Source of the DNA: Octopus vulgaris
Lineage: Eukaryota
Direction: 5' to 3'
Assembly (NCBI GenBank): GCA_951406725.2
Contig: OX597818.1
Coordinates: 60,760,001-60,824,000, forward strand
Length of the DNA stretch: 64,000 bases
Numbering within the stretch: the stretch's first letter is position 1; the number at the start of each line of letters is the position of its first letter. Made by a program: the position numbers and the translations under genes. This document shows positions 11,679 to 24,600 of this stretch, piece after piece. The notes under the pieces are model-generated. The model was not told the DNA's origin. It searched no databases and was given only the letters and a program-made list of their open reading frames with translations.

Positions 11679-12172
11679 TTCTGGATTTTAATTGGAGTCG
11701 CCATATTGTGCACAATTTTCTATATTATTATGGATATCTTACATCTGCGTTTGTTACTTTATGCGTCTGTGTGTTTCTGTCGCTGTGCCTCTGTATGTGT
11801 GTGCATGTCTGTTTGTGTGTGTGAATTTCCGTTGTCTTTTTGCATTCGTGACCATTTTCAATTGTATGCGCATGCTCACATGTATGCGAATCTACTTTCC
11901 TTAGTGTTGTTGTTGTTGTTGTTGTTGTTGCTTTTATCATTTTTACTCTTCTGTCAAGTGGTTTGTGCCAGAAGACGTCGTCATTTGCCATTTTCTATAA
12001 AAAAATTTTTCTTTATCTTATTATTCTTTCTTTCCTGTTTTTTTTTTCTTCCTTTCGTTCGTAGATGCCATGAAACCATCAGTCGGTCTGGTCAGCGCCA
12101 GATAGCTCGCTATCTATTTCTGTCAAACCAGTTACATTCGAAGTCTATATTCCTCATATTCATATATGTATG

Positions 12173-12204
<32 letters not shown>

Positions 12205-12298
12205 TACACACGCATGCATATGGATACATAGACAGTTTGATTGATTGCCGGATAGATACACACATATACATATCCGTATATATGTATGTATCCATATC

Positions 12299-12335
<37 letters not shown>

Positions 12336-12413
12336 TAATCCATCTATCTCTCCCTATCTTTCTATCTATATGTATGTATATATATACACACACATATATA
12401 TATATATAATATA

Positions 12414-12447
<34 letters not shown>

Positions 12448-13069
12448 AATGAATGTATATATATATATATATATATACATGCATACACATATATATATGT
12501 ATTTATATATATATGTACATATATATACATATACGTATATACACACACACATAAATATATGAGTGAGTGTGTCTCCGCATGTACCTATAGATACGTATGT
12601 AGATATATATATATGTGTATATAGAACTCTAGATTGAATACACAGAAAATAACATACAACAATATAAAAGTGTGTATAAATATGAATATGTATTTCATGT
12701 ATGTACATAAATGAAGTCTCTAATTCACAAAGGAACATTTATAGAAAACTATTTCAATATACACATACATGTTCCCCTATGTGCAATTACATAGATATAC
12801 GGACATGTTTGTGAGAGTATACACGCGCATGCGTGTGTAGGTAAGTGTGTATGTTACAATACATACGATATAGATATCGCTGTTTAACATATATTTACAT
12901 CCATGTTTTAGAAACTTATGTATATATGAATAAGTTTATGAAATCCACTCACAGATAAATAACAAATGGGCATGTAAGCAAATAAATGTGCTACACATAC
13001 GTGTGCGTGTTGCTCTCTCTCTCTCTCTCTCTCTCTCTTCTTCATATATATATATATATGTATATATAT

Positions 13070-13119
<50 letters not shown>

Positions 13120-13257
13120 GTGTATATATATACATATATATATATATATGTATATATATACACATATATATATATATATATATGCATGTAAGTATGCATG
13201 TATACATATATGTAAGTATGTATGCATATATATATATATATGTGTGTGTGCGTGTAT

Positions 13258-13495
13258 TCTTTTATTTTATATTGCTTCAGTCATTTGATTGCGGCCATGC
13301 TGGAACATCGTACTTTAGTCGAACGAATCGACCCCAGGACTTATTCTTTGTAAGCCTAGTACATATTCTATCGGTGACTTTTGCTGAACCACTAAGTTAT
13401 GAGGACGTAAACACACCAGTATCGGTTGTCAAGCGGTAGTGAGGGACAGACACAGACACACAGGCACACAAACACACACACATACACAGACAAAC

Positions 13496-13544
<49 letters not shown>

Positions 13545-13700
13545 CGACAGGCTTCTTTCAGTTTCCGTCTACCAAATCCACTCACAAGGCTTTGGTCGGC
13601 CCGAGGCTATAGTAGAAGACACTTGCTCCAAGGTGCCATGCAGTGGGACTGAATCCGGAACCATACAGTTGTTAAGCAAGCCACTTACCACGCAGCCACT
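13258..13700 (-). mobile_element. SINE family A (tRNA-derived head, central microsatellite), near full length
   Basis: Minus-strand head gagtggctgcgtggtaag...ggttccggattcagtccc with A/B box-like motifs; conserved tail. Confidence 0.9.
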
Positions 13701-13704
13701 CTAG

Positions 13705-13741
<37 letters not shown>

Positions 13742-13745
13742 CGAG

Positions 13746-14021
13746 ATGTAAACAATAGCAACACGGAATCATAACATATAATTGACAACCTAGTGTGGCG
13801 TCCCAAATATGATAGTGCTACTGACTTTTATAGCCCCAGGAAGACATCTCCTCCCCCTGGCTAATGACACACAAATACTAATCAGACGCAGAATGTGTGT
13901 CGTTAGCCAGCTGTAGGAGATGTCTTCCTTGACCTATAAAAGTCAGTAGCACAATCCTTTGTGAGACGCCATACTTGGTTGACAATTCTATGTTATGATT
14001 CCGTATTGCTACTGTTTACAT
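13746..14021. repeat. Long imperfect inverted repeat (foldback): ~128-bp arms, ~20-nt spacer, between (TA)n tracts
   Basis: atgtaaacaatagcaacacggaatcataacat...ctggctaatgacacac pairs with gtgtgtcgttagccag...atgttatgattccgtattgctactgtttacat. Confidence 0.92.
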
Positions 14022-14053
14022 TTAGCTCAGAGATTTAATATATGAATATATGA

Positions 14054-14088
<35 letters not shown>

Positions 14089-14090
14089 CT

Positions 14091-14310
14091 AGGCAGAATT
14101 TACCAGAAAAAAACAAAAGATGAAGACAGGTGGTGTAGACAAAAAACAGATGTATTAGTATAACGTTCAGGAAGTGAAAAAATCTTTAACGTTTCGAGCC
14201 TACGCTCTTCTACAGAAAGGAACACAGAAAGAAACAAGGAGAAAAAACATAAAGAATGTGTAGAGGCTAGCGTTCTATCATGGCGAATACCGGACAGAAG
14301 GGTGGGCTCC
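14091..14310 (-). mobile_element. PLE pseudo-LTR-like tail with HHR (core CUGUAGA, 14184-14219)
   Basis: Homologous to 6529-6745; minus strand CUUU CUGUAGA A GAGC GUAG GCUC GAAA CGUU|AAAG; abuts (TA)n. Confidence 0.8.
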
Positions 14311-14325
14311 TCTGTTAATGTATAT

Positions 14326-14560
14326 ACAATTTAGGTTAGTTGAAATGTGTTCTTCACATATTTCAACTGCTAAAGGCAAACACACTGCGGTTACCGTGTA
14401 GAAGAAATCTCTCTTAATGGTAAAAAGATGTGTAAAGAACGAACGGGGTGTTTTCACATCTTTTTACCATAAGAGAGATTTCTTCAACACGGTAACCGCA
14501 GTGTGTTTGCCTTTAGCAGTTGACATATGTGACAAACATATTTCAACTAACATAGATTGT
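14326..14560. repeat. Second long inverted repeat: ~110-bp arms, ~14-nt loop
   Basis: acaatttaggttagttgaaat...tggtaaaaagatgtgtaaa pairs with ttttcacatctttttacca...atttcaactaacatagattgt; includes a perfectly paired run tcaactgctaaaggcaaacacactgcggttaccgtgt. Confidence 0.95.
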
Positions 14561-14620
14561 GATTATACGTAAACACTGCTTAGCGCATTTACTCCGATAT
14601 ATATATATATATATATATAC

Positions 14621-14890
14621 ATCATCCTCATCATCATCGTTTAACGTCCGCTTTCCGTGCTAGCACGGGTTGGACGGTTCAACCGGGGTCTGGGAAACCC
14701 GGAGGCTGCACCAGGCACCAGTCTGATCTGGCGGTGTTTCTACAGCTGGGTGCCCTTCCTAAAGCCAACCACTCCGTGAGTGTAGTGGGTCCTTTTTACG
14801 TGCCAGCGGCACAGGTATCACGACTACAATTTCCATTTGATATTTATTTTGATGTTGATGTTGATGTACTTGACTCAATAGGTCTCCTCA

Positions 14891-14892
<2 letters not shown>
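14621..14892 (-). mobile_element. SINE family E with (ATG)n tail
   Basis: catcatcatcgtttaacgtccgctttcc...tacagctgggtgcccttcctaaagccaacc; second copy at 48708-48872. Confidence 0.75.
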
Positions 14893-14971
<79 letters not shown>

Positions 14972-15196
14972 ATATATACACATACAAACATATATACACA
15001 CACGCATGCGCACATATATATTTCTATATATATTCCACTAAATATCCAATACTTCAGTCAGTATTTTTCATTTGCTTATTGAGTTCTTATTTGGTCTTTA
15101 TTCTTTTGATTATTTCAAAGTAAACATCTTTATTGGTCAGCAACTAAAACAAGATCGAAAACCCCCAACGCCATTACCGACCGCTACCATGATATT

Positions 15197-15577
15197 TATC
15201 TATTCCTTTACTACCCACAAGGGGCTAAACACAGAGGGGACAAACAAGGACAGATAAACGGATTAAGTCAACTGGTACTTATATAATCGACTCCGAAAGG
15301 TTGAAAGGCAAAGTCAACCTCGGCGGATTTTGAACTCAGAACGTAGTGACAGACGAAATACCTATTTCTTTACTACCCACAAGGGGCTAAACATAGATGG
15401 GACAAACAAGGACAGACATAGGTATTAAGTCAATTACATCAACTGGTACTTAATTTATCGACCCCGAAAGGATGAAAGGCAAAGTCGACCTTGTCGGATT
15501 TTGAACTCAGAACGTAGCGGCAGACGAAATACCGCTAAGCATTTCGCCCGGCGTGCTAACGTTTCTGCCAGCTCGCC
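15197..15577 (-). mobile_element. SINE family B with tandem-duplicated 3' unit
   Basis: Two units joined at gacgaaatacctatttc; head tctgccagctcgcc at ~15564-15577. Confidence 0.9.
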
Positions 15578-16754
15578 ATGATATTTACCAACATCGCCAA
15601 CAACAACGATGAAGGCAATGCCATCATTCGCTTCCACCATGGAATTTACCATTACTATGACAACCGACTAAGGCCAAGGCATTCATCACCACTGCCGCCA
15701 GCAAACTGTCAGTCCATGTCCACCTTCCCAGTGTGAGATCCTTGGTACCAGCAACACCAACATTTGGGTAATTACTGCTCTTAGCACAAGCACTGGAGTA
15801 AACGGGGTCACTGCCCATTTGGCTATCCAAATAGCAGGATCTACGTTGATATATATTTCTTTGTCTGTACACTTCTGAATATGAGCCTTGCGCTCGAAAT
15901 ATTTAACGGTTTTACGACTTTCATTACTGCATTGCTAGAAAATTTACTCATTTCATTTTTATTATTTCTGTACAACAATGATTCCAGCGAAACTGTAAAA
16001 CTTTGTGAGTGTGTGTGTTTGTGTGTGCGTGTGTGTGTGTGTGCGTGCGCGTGTGCGTGTGTGCGTGTCTGTGTGTCAGTGTGTGTATGAATGCATGCGT
16101 GAATACATACATACATATATACATACATAATACATAATACATACATACATACATACAAACATACATACATACAAAATACATACATACATGCATACATCCA
16201 TCCATCCATCCATACATACATACAAACATACATACATACATACAAAATACGTACATACATCCATACATACATACATACATCCATCCATCAATACATACAT
16301 ACATACATACATACATACATACATACATACATACATACATACATACATACATACATACATGCATAAGAGTTACATTTCTGAAGAAATATACTATATCGCC
16401 CACATTCTTAAACCCGAGGAATAAATATAATCCGCCATCCATCTCAAAACACTCTTTTATAGTCTCATATTTTTAACTTTATATTGATTAACCAATCCTG
16501 CTGTCGGACCAGAATTTCTCTGTCAAAAAATGTCCGCTTCAATCTTTAGCATTCAATTTAAAATTGCCCCGTTTAATCTTGCAGAGTGTCCGCTTACTTG
16601 AACTGATAATTCTATAAATGTAATAACCAACCAACTTACTGACCTACTCACTGAGACTGTACCAATCTCAACTTCTCCCTCTCACTCTCTCTCTCTCTCC
16701 CTGTCACTTACCCTCCATATATATATATATATATATCCACATATATATATATAC

Positions 16755-16803
<49 letters not shown>

Positions 16804-16999
16804 TAAATCCACATATATATATATATATACATATATATTTATATGCATATGTATATATATATATGAGTGTGTATGTGCATGTGCATGTATATATGTGTGT
16901 GTGTATCCATATATATGTGTAAACATATATTCATATATATGTATATATGCACATATATATGTATATTTGTATGTTTGTATGTACATATGTAAAAATACA

Positions 17000-17067
<68 letters not shown>

Positions 17068-17214
17068 GCATGTATAAATATACATGTATATATGCATATC
17101 AATATATATATATATACTCATACATGAGAGTAAACATCTTTGTGAACCCACATATGTATCTATGCATATATATACATGTATGTATATACGTGTATAAATA
17201 GGTATATATATATA

Positions 17215-17262
<48 letters not shown>

Positions 17263-17744
17263 CATATATATATAAACATATATACGTACACACATTCATA
17301 TATATCAACGTATGTATGTATGTATATATATATATATATATACTTGGGATGTAAGTATCATAAGCTAAAAGTTGGAATCTAGTTAAAATTTAGTATTCTT
17401 TATCGTAAATGTTATGGCCTTATGAATGATAGGAATATATTTTATTAATCATAAGTGAGATGTTATTTCGAGTCAGGAAATAAAAGCATGGCGATGTTTT
17501 ACTGACCATAAACAACCTTTTACCGGAGGTCGAAGCGGAAATCTAATCTTACGACCAAGAATAAGTCTTTAGTGCAAATCGTACTGGTATCATACTTACA
17601 TACGAAACCAGACATTACCGCGGTGAATAGACGAATACACACGCACATAGATACATACACAAACACACATACACACATCGCACACGCACACAGATACATA
17701 CACAAACACACATACACACACACACACACTCGCATGAAATTTTT

Positions 17745-18251
17745 GCTTTTATCATTTACTTGTTTCAGTGATTGGATTGCGGCCATGCTGTGGCACAGCC
17801 TTCACGTATTTAGTCGAATAAGTTGTCCCCAGTACTTATTCGTCTTATGTTTGGCATTTAGTGAGTTTGTCTCTTTTGCCGAACAGCTAAATTACGAGGA
17901 CGTAAACAAACCAGCACCGGTTGTCAAGTGAACGCGGTGGGAGACGACAAACTCTGTTGATTATGACCACAAGCGTTCCAATTGACCCGATCGTGAATTT
18001 AATGTGGAAGTGGCTGAGCACTCCACAGACACGCATACCCTTAACGTAGTTCTCGGGGAAATTTAGCACGACACTGGATGTGACAAGGCTGGCCTTTTTC
18101 AATTACAGGTACTACTCATCTTTGCCAGTTGAGTGGACTGGAGCAACGTGGAATAAAGTGACTTGCTCAAGAACACAACGCACCACAAGGAATCGAACTC
18201 ACAAACTAACGATCGTGATCCGAATACCTTAACCCATGAGTCACACACGAA

Positions 18252-18312
<61 letters not shown>

Positions 18313-18445
18313 GATGTCACACAGTTTCCGTCGGCCTAATTCCCTTGCAAGGCATTGGTCACCCTTGGAATATACTAGAAGACACTTGCCGCACAGTGGT
18401 ACATGAACTGGTATTCATGTGTTTGCAATATCAAATTTCTCACCC
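17745..18445 (-). mobile_element. Diverged SINE A split by an inserted tRNA-derived SINE (17955-18250, family C/D-like)
   Basis: Family A tail at 17745-17930 and head remnant at 18313-18445; insert carries aagtggctgagcactccacagacacg and ggaatcgaactcac (B box on minus strand). Confidence 0.7.
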
Positions 18446-18939
18446 TCATTTTAAATTTAAATTTAAATTAATACGTTCTCTAACCGGCAAAGGCCGTTGC
18501 AGTAATGTATTATCTACAGCATCAGTTTTTCCGGTAATTTAGCGCGCCAAAACGAGGCATTTGAAATAGTAACCACGAACATATTGAGTAGAACTGTTTA
18601 CAAGTCTGACTTTGTGCGGCCGTCCTAGTATGCAGTCCTGCAAATTATATTCATCTGGACGGTCGCACCGATGATCTACGAGCATTTATGTAAGTAAAAT
18701 TACGTAATATGTTAATAGTGAAGCATGTATGCGAATAATCCATATTTTTATTGTTTTTTTCTTTTGTCTTGCTTGATTACGTTTTGGTTGTTTTGCTAAA
18801 TTTTTCTTGAGAACATTTCTTGGTGGTAAGACCATAGCAAATCTATTTCTAGCATAAGGGTGTCCACATAGTGGCTTCCCTCTAATATGTATATATTCAA
18901 AATGTGATCGCGTATGTACCGTTGACAATTTTTTTCCCT

Positions 18940-19108
18940 CTGTCTTCCCTTCTCCGAATCTTTCCTTCTCCTATGTTTCCGACGAAGAGCTCCGCTCGAA
19001 ACTTTAAACCCTCCTTCTTTCCTTCTTTCCTGAGCGTCCAATAATACTATATTTGTTCCACGTCCTCGCGTTGTTGTGTTTTTTTGTGCTTTCTTGTTTG
19101 AATTAACT
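18940..19108 (+). mobile_element. PLE-type tail element (family H2) with HHR at 18975-19009 (core CCGACGA), ending in (TA)n
   Basis: GUUU CCGACGA A GAGC UCC GCUC GAAA CUUU|AAAC; homologous to 22881-23052 and 59626-59766. Confidence 0.8.
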
Positions 19109-19791
19109 ATATATATATATATATTGATCAGACAGGAAACTATTGTCACTCAAACCTAATTTAACACTGGACTTGAGGAACATATGGTGAGTATATGCAA
19201 CGGACGAAACTTTCGGTCCTTGAGTCACACATGATACTTTATAACCGAATAAAAATTGTATATAAAACTCATGTATTGAGTTCTATTCTTCTGTGCATGT
19301 GTGTGTATGTGTGTGCCTGCGCGTGTGTCTATAATATATTTTAAAAGAATTATGTCTCTATGTATATATCTATATATCTGAGATTTACATACATCTACGA
19401 AAGCAGACACGCTCGCACACACACGCACACGCTCAAACACACGCACTGACACACGTGCGAGCATAAGGGATGCCCCGAGAGTAATATAAAAGTGGGAATA
19501 GTTATTTTTTTTTTAACTGACAAAAGATTGTTCAATTTCTTCGTACGATTTGAATAACCAATGTCAGGTAGTAAAAAGTTACGCCCACTTTAGCATTATT
19601 TTCTGGACAAAACACACACGCGCTCTCAAATACACATACATGCCCATATATAAATTTTTTAACATATATACATACATACAGTACACATACGCATGCATAA
19701 ATACATACTTACATACATACATACATACATACTGATTCATGGTAGCATTTTTATTTAGAAATTTTACATATTTGTTTCTAAGTATATGTTG

Positions 19792-19834
<43 letters not shown>

Positions 19835-19835
19835 A

Positions 19836-19874
<39 letters not shown>

Positions 19875-19948
19875 TATATATATATGCATATACATGTATA
19901 TATACATATCTATAGCTATATATATACATGCATATATACGTATTTATA

Positions 19949-20001
<53 letters not shown>

Positions 20002-20045
20002 TATTTATATATATATATGTGTGTATGTGTGTGTGTCTTTGCATG

Positions 20046-20086
<41 letters not shown>

Positions 20087-20599
20087 ATGTACGTATGTAT
20101 GTATGTATGTATGTATGCATATATGTATATGTGTGTGTATATATGTGAACAAATATACGTACATACGTACATACATACGTAGATGCGTGTTTATGTAGAA
20201 ATTTGTCAATATGCGATTGTACGAATGAATGTGTATATTTTTTTCTGCATATGTAACTACATGTAAGTGTGTGTGTATATGTGTCCATCCATGTATGTGT
20301 GAGTGTGTGTGTATGTCTGTGCGCGCGCGTGCGCGATTGTATATATGTAGATTTAATTCATTTTCGATTTCCACATCTTTCATCCCTGTGGGTAGCTTTC
20401 TATTTAAATTTCCAAACCGCAAATATATGTCCGTCTGTCTCTCTCCCAAGTCCTGGAATTTTTTCCAAATATATCCTGACTTTTTACTTTGCCATTCCTC
20501 TAAATTTGAAACGAAGCAATTTCTGCTGGTATTCTTACATTATATGTTTTAATATATTTTACATTCTAAAGGTAAACCATTTTTCCTTAGGTAGTTATC

Positions 20600-20638
<39 letters not shown>

Positions 20639-20713
20639 TAAATAAAACATATGCATATATATATAAACATATATGTACGTACCTACCTCTACATGTACAT
20701 ATACACACATATA

Positions 20714-20880
20714 TGAGTACAGGACACCAAAAAGACGTCGAATACAATGAGAAACGAAAACATAGACACAAACACAAGGAACTGGACATTTTTTAAACAA
20801 CAAAAAAATAGAGTACAGGACAATTAACACAAAGAAAAAACCCCTTCTTCAGTCGCCAAGGTTTCATCTACTCTACGTTA
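20714..20880. mobile_element. Short TA-embedded repeat fragment, probably a PLE tail
   Basis: gagtacaggac occurs twice; minus strand has a partial CUGAAGA core; flanked by TA-rich microsatellite. Confidence 0.35.
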
Positions 20881-21215
20881 TATATATATAAGGCGAAATA
20901 AATTTCATATCCCGTGCCTTTCAGGAAATGCTGCCGCATTAAAACATGAGTACAAGAGTAGGATATTTTGCAAAATTTCATTTCATTCTGTCTATTCGTG
21001 TTAAATACCTTAGAAATCGTCTGGGAAGTAAGCGGTGATTTGTTACTCAGACATTCATATATATGAATAAAAATACAAGCGCACACCTAGGCGCGTGTGC
21101 ATACACGCAGCCACCCACACACGTACGAATGTATATGCATAACTTCAAACTGTCGCTTATTTTTCAATCTATTACTAGACAGGGCGAACGACTACCAGGG
21201 CGAACGACGGGCGTC

Positions 21216-21275
21216 CAGTACTGAAGAAGGGCAAATACCTTGAAACAAGGCTGGCCTTCTGATCCTGTCAAATTG
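21216..21275 (+). ncRNA. Candidate hammerhead with canonical core and imperfect stems I and III
   Basis: CAGUA CUGAAGA AGGG CAAAUA CCUU GAAA CAAGG...CCUGUC|AAAUUG. Confidence 0.4.
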
Positions 21276-21530
21276 CTAAATGGTAAGTGTTTGCTCCCCT
21301 GCGCGCAATGTATCGGAGACAGGTTGTGTCGTTGACCATCTGGAGGTAGTGTTCTCCTGGTGTTAAAAAGAGTAGTAACGTTGTTTCGTACGGAAAAGCT
21401 ATGTTGAAATATCAACAAATATTTACTTAATACAGTTCTATATTTAAGAGATGAGAAATTATGTACATTATTTACATTCTTTATATTATTTACATTTGAC
21501 GGATATTTGTCCTCATCTTATTTGTTGTTA

Positions 21531-21574
21531 ACACAACGTTTTGGCTGATATACCCTTCAGCCTTCATCAGGTGT
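21531..21574 (-). ncRNA. Minimal type I hammerhead motif (this copy has G12A)
   Basis: ACAC CUGAUGA A GGCUGA AGGGUAUA UCAGCC AAAA CGUU|GUGU; the sister copy at ~25184-25222 keeps GAAA but has lost CUG. Confidence 0.7.
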
Positions 21575-21622
21575 CTTGGGGAAATTTCGAACCTGGGTTC
21601 TCATTCCTAAGATATTTTTCAA

Positions 21623-22285
<663 letters not shown>

Positions 22286-22405
22286 TCAGGTCACTGCCTG
22301 GAATCGAACTCGGAATCTTGGGGTTAATATCCCGCGCTCTTAACCACTTCGGGCATATGGCGTAGATATTTGAGAACTAGCTACTTCCCTTATATATACA
22401 AGCAT

Positions 22406-22853
22406 AGGCGCAGGCGTGGCTGTGTGGTAAGAAGCTTGCTTCCCAACCACATGATTTCAGGTTCAGTCCCACTGTGCAGCATTTTGGGCAAGTGTTTTCT
22501 ACTATAGCCTCGGGCCGACCAAAACCTTGTGAGTAAATTTGGTAGATGGAAACTGAAAGTAGCCCGTCGTATATATATTTATATATATATATGCATGTAT
22601 GTATTTGTGTGTCTATCTTTCCACACACACACACACACACACACACACAGCACTCACACATACACCACCATCACCATCGTCTAAAAACCAATGCTAGTGT
22701 GTTTACGTCACCCGAAACGTAGTGGTTTGGTATAAATGAGCGATAAAATAAGTACTAGACTTACAAAGAATAGGTCCTGGGCGGGGTGTCGATTTATTTG
22801 ACTAAAAACGGTGCTCCAGCATAGCCTCAGTCAAATGACTGAAAAAATAAAAG
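22406..22853 (+). mobile_element. SINE family A, full length
   Basis: ggcgcaggcgtggctgtgtggtaag...caggttcagtccc...gtcaaatgactgaaaaaataaaag. Confidence 0.9.
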
Positions 22854-22880
22854 AATATATATATATATATACATACATAT

Positions 22881-23047
22881 CGTCTTCCCTTCTTTGGATC
22901 TTTCCTTTTTCCTATGTTTCTGACGAAGAGCTCCGCTCGAAACGTTAAACCCTCCTTCTTTCCTTCTTTCCTGAGCGTCCAATAACACTATACTTGTTCC
23001 ACGTCCTCACGTTGTTGTGTTTTCTCTTTATGTTTTCATATTTGGAT

Positions 23048-23052
<5 letters not shown>
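22881..23052 (+). mobile_element. PLE-type tail element (family H2) between (TA)n tracts
   Basis: Homologous to 18940-19108; contains the HHR at 22916-22950. Confidence 0.85.
22916..22950 (+). ncRNA. Minimal type I hammerhead ribozyme, canonical core
   Basis: GUUU CUGACGA A GAGC UCC GCUC GAAA CGUU|AAAC; predicted cleavage after 22946. Confidence 0.8.
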
Positions 23053-23105
<53 letters not shown>

Positions 23106-23119
23106 GGAGTAAACACATA

Positions 23120-23184
23120 AATTCTAGCAAAAACTGTCTGATGAACTGCAACGTGAAACTTAGAGTAACAGGTTTTGTTGAATT
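23120..23184 (+). ncRNA. Complete type I hammerhead ribozyme in a ~100-bp insert (23104-23203) within (TA)n
   Basis: Extended stem I AAUUC-U-AGCAAAA-A-CUGU / ACAG-G-UUUUGUU-GAAUU; core CUGAUGA at 23138-23144; stem II AC-UGCAAC-GU; GAAA at 23155-23158; stem III ACU-UAG-AGU; GUA cleavage triplet ending at 23167. Confidence 0.88.
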
Positions 23185-23203
23185 TTCTGCTGCTTTAAAT
23201 AAA

Positions 23204-23294
<91 letters not shown>

Positions 23295-23461
23295 AATCTA
23301 TGTACATATATTGTAGAAACTGTGGTAGAATGCTTCACTTACGACTCCAATTTCACGCCATTGCGATCTTCGGTCACGTGATACTCGAGTCACGATTTTC
23401 AGTTTGAATAAAAAAGAAAGGAAAAGAAACATATATACATTTGACAGAAGTTTTGATGGGA

Positions 23462-23492
<31 letters not shown>

Positions 23493-23683
23493 TGTATGTA
23501 TGTATGCATTATGTATGTATGTATGTATGTATTTATGTATGTAAGCATGTATGTATGTTTGTAGGTATGTATGTATGTATGTATGTATGTATGTATGTAT
23601 GTATGCATGTATGTATGTATGTATGTATGCATATATGCATGTATGTATGTATGTATATCGCAATGTTGATATGAAACACAGTG

Positions 23684-23820
23684 GTTTCAAACATTGGCGC
23701 AAGGCCAGCAATTTGTGGTGAGGTGCTAAGTCGGTTACATCGCCCCCATTGCTTAGCTGGTATTTATTTTAAGGGCCCCGAAAGAATAAAAGGCGAAGTC
23801 GACCTCGACGGAATTTAGTT
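23684..23820 (-). mobile_element. SINE family B, 3' fragment
   Basis: ccccgaaagaataaaaggcgaagtcgacctcgacggaattt. Confidence 0.7.
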
Positions 23821-24419
23821 TTATGAAATATAGTAAGAATATTTTTAATCCGTTCAAACTATATCTGATGTAGAACTCAATATGCTGGGTAGAGTGAATA
23901 AATAAGTTTATCATTTCAAAACTTACAGTTACGCCCGAGACGAATAAGTGGGCTGGCAACGTGTGTATGCACATTTGTGTATGTGTGTATGTTTTTGTGT
24001 ATGTGTGTGTGTTTTTGTGTATGTGCGTGTGTTTTTGTGTATGTGTGTGTGTGTTTTTGTGTATGTGTGTGTGTGTGTTTTTCTACGTGGAACATGCTAT
24101 GGCCTTTCATTCCCAATAATTTTCCCGTAAACCTCTTTATTTTTTCGTTTTAAAATATTCCACATTCTACTCTCCTCTCTCTCTTTCTGCCTTTCCCCTC
24201 CTTTCCCTTTTGCCCCCTTCTATCACTCTCTCTCTCTCTCTCTCTGACCCCTTTTCTCTTTCTCTCTCTCCTTCTTCCCTCTCTTTCTCCTTTAGTTACT
24301 ATCAATTTCTCTTCTTTGCCATTCCCGAGTTGTCTGAATCTTTCAAGGATTTCCCATTCGAAACGGTAATTAGATGTTTTGTCTTTTAAAGATCAGGTAT
24401 AATTGGAACTCTTAGTCAT

Positions 24420-24600
24420 ATTGCCCCTTTCAAAACTTCTGGATTAATTCGGTGGTTGGAATATCAGGTCTTCAACTTTCTCTGTGTTTATACATTGATT
24501 TTTCTCCAAGATCAGCTTTCTTCGGGTGTAATTGTGGCTTAGCATGATATGATGTCTGTCAAACTGGCGGGACAACTATAATTTAATTTATGAGAGGCCT
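24420..24600 (-). pseudogene. Possible PLE ORF fragment (RT-endonuclease linker)
   Basis: HKLNYSCPASLTDIIS / SHN resembles the K.SYSC.PN...IIS.HN motif; frameshifted and short. Confidence 0.3.

Noticed and set aside
11598-12338. 246-aa hydrophobic ORF resembling a membrane protein
   Set aside because: Stitched from a SINE head, T-rich sequence and microsatellites
13746-14560. Hairpins as parvovirus-like terminal repeats
   Set aside because: No NS1 or capsid coding remnants nearby, and the two hairpins are unrelated in sequence
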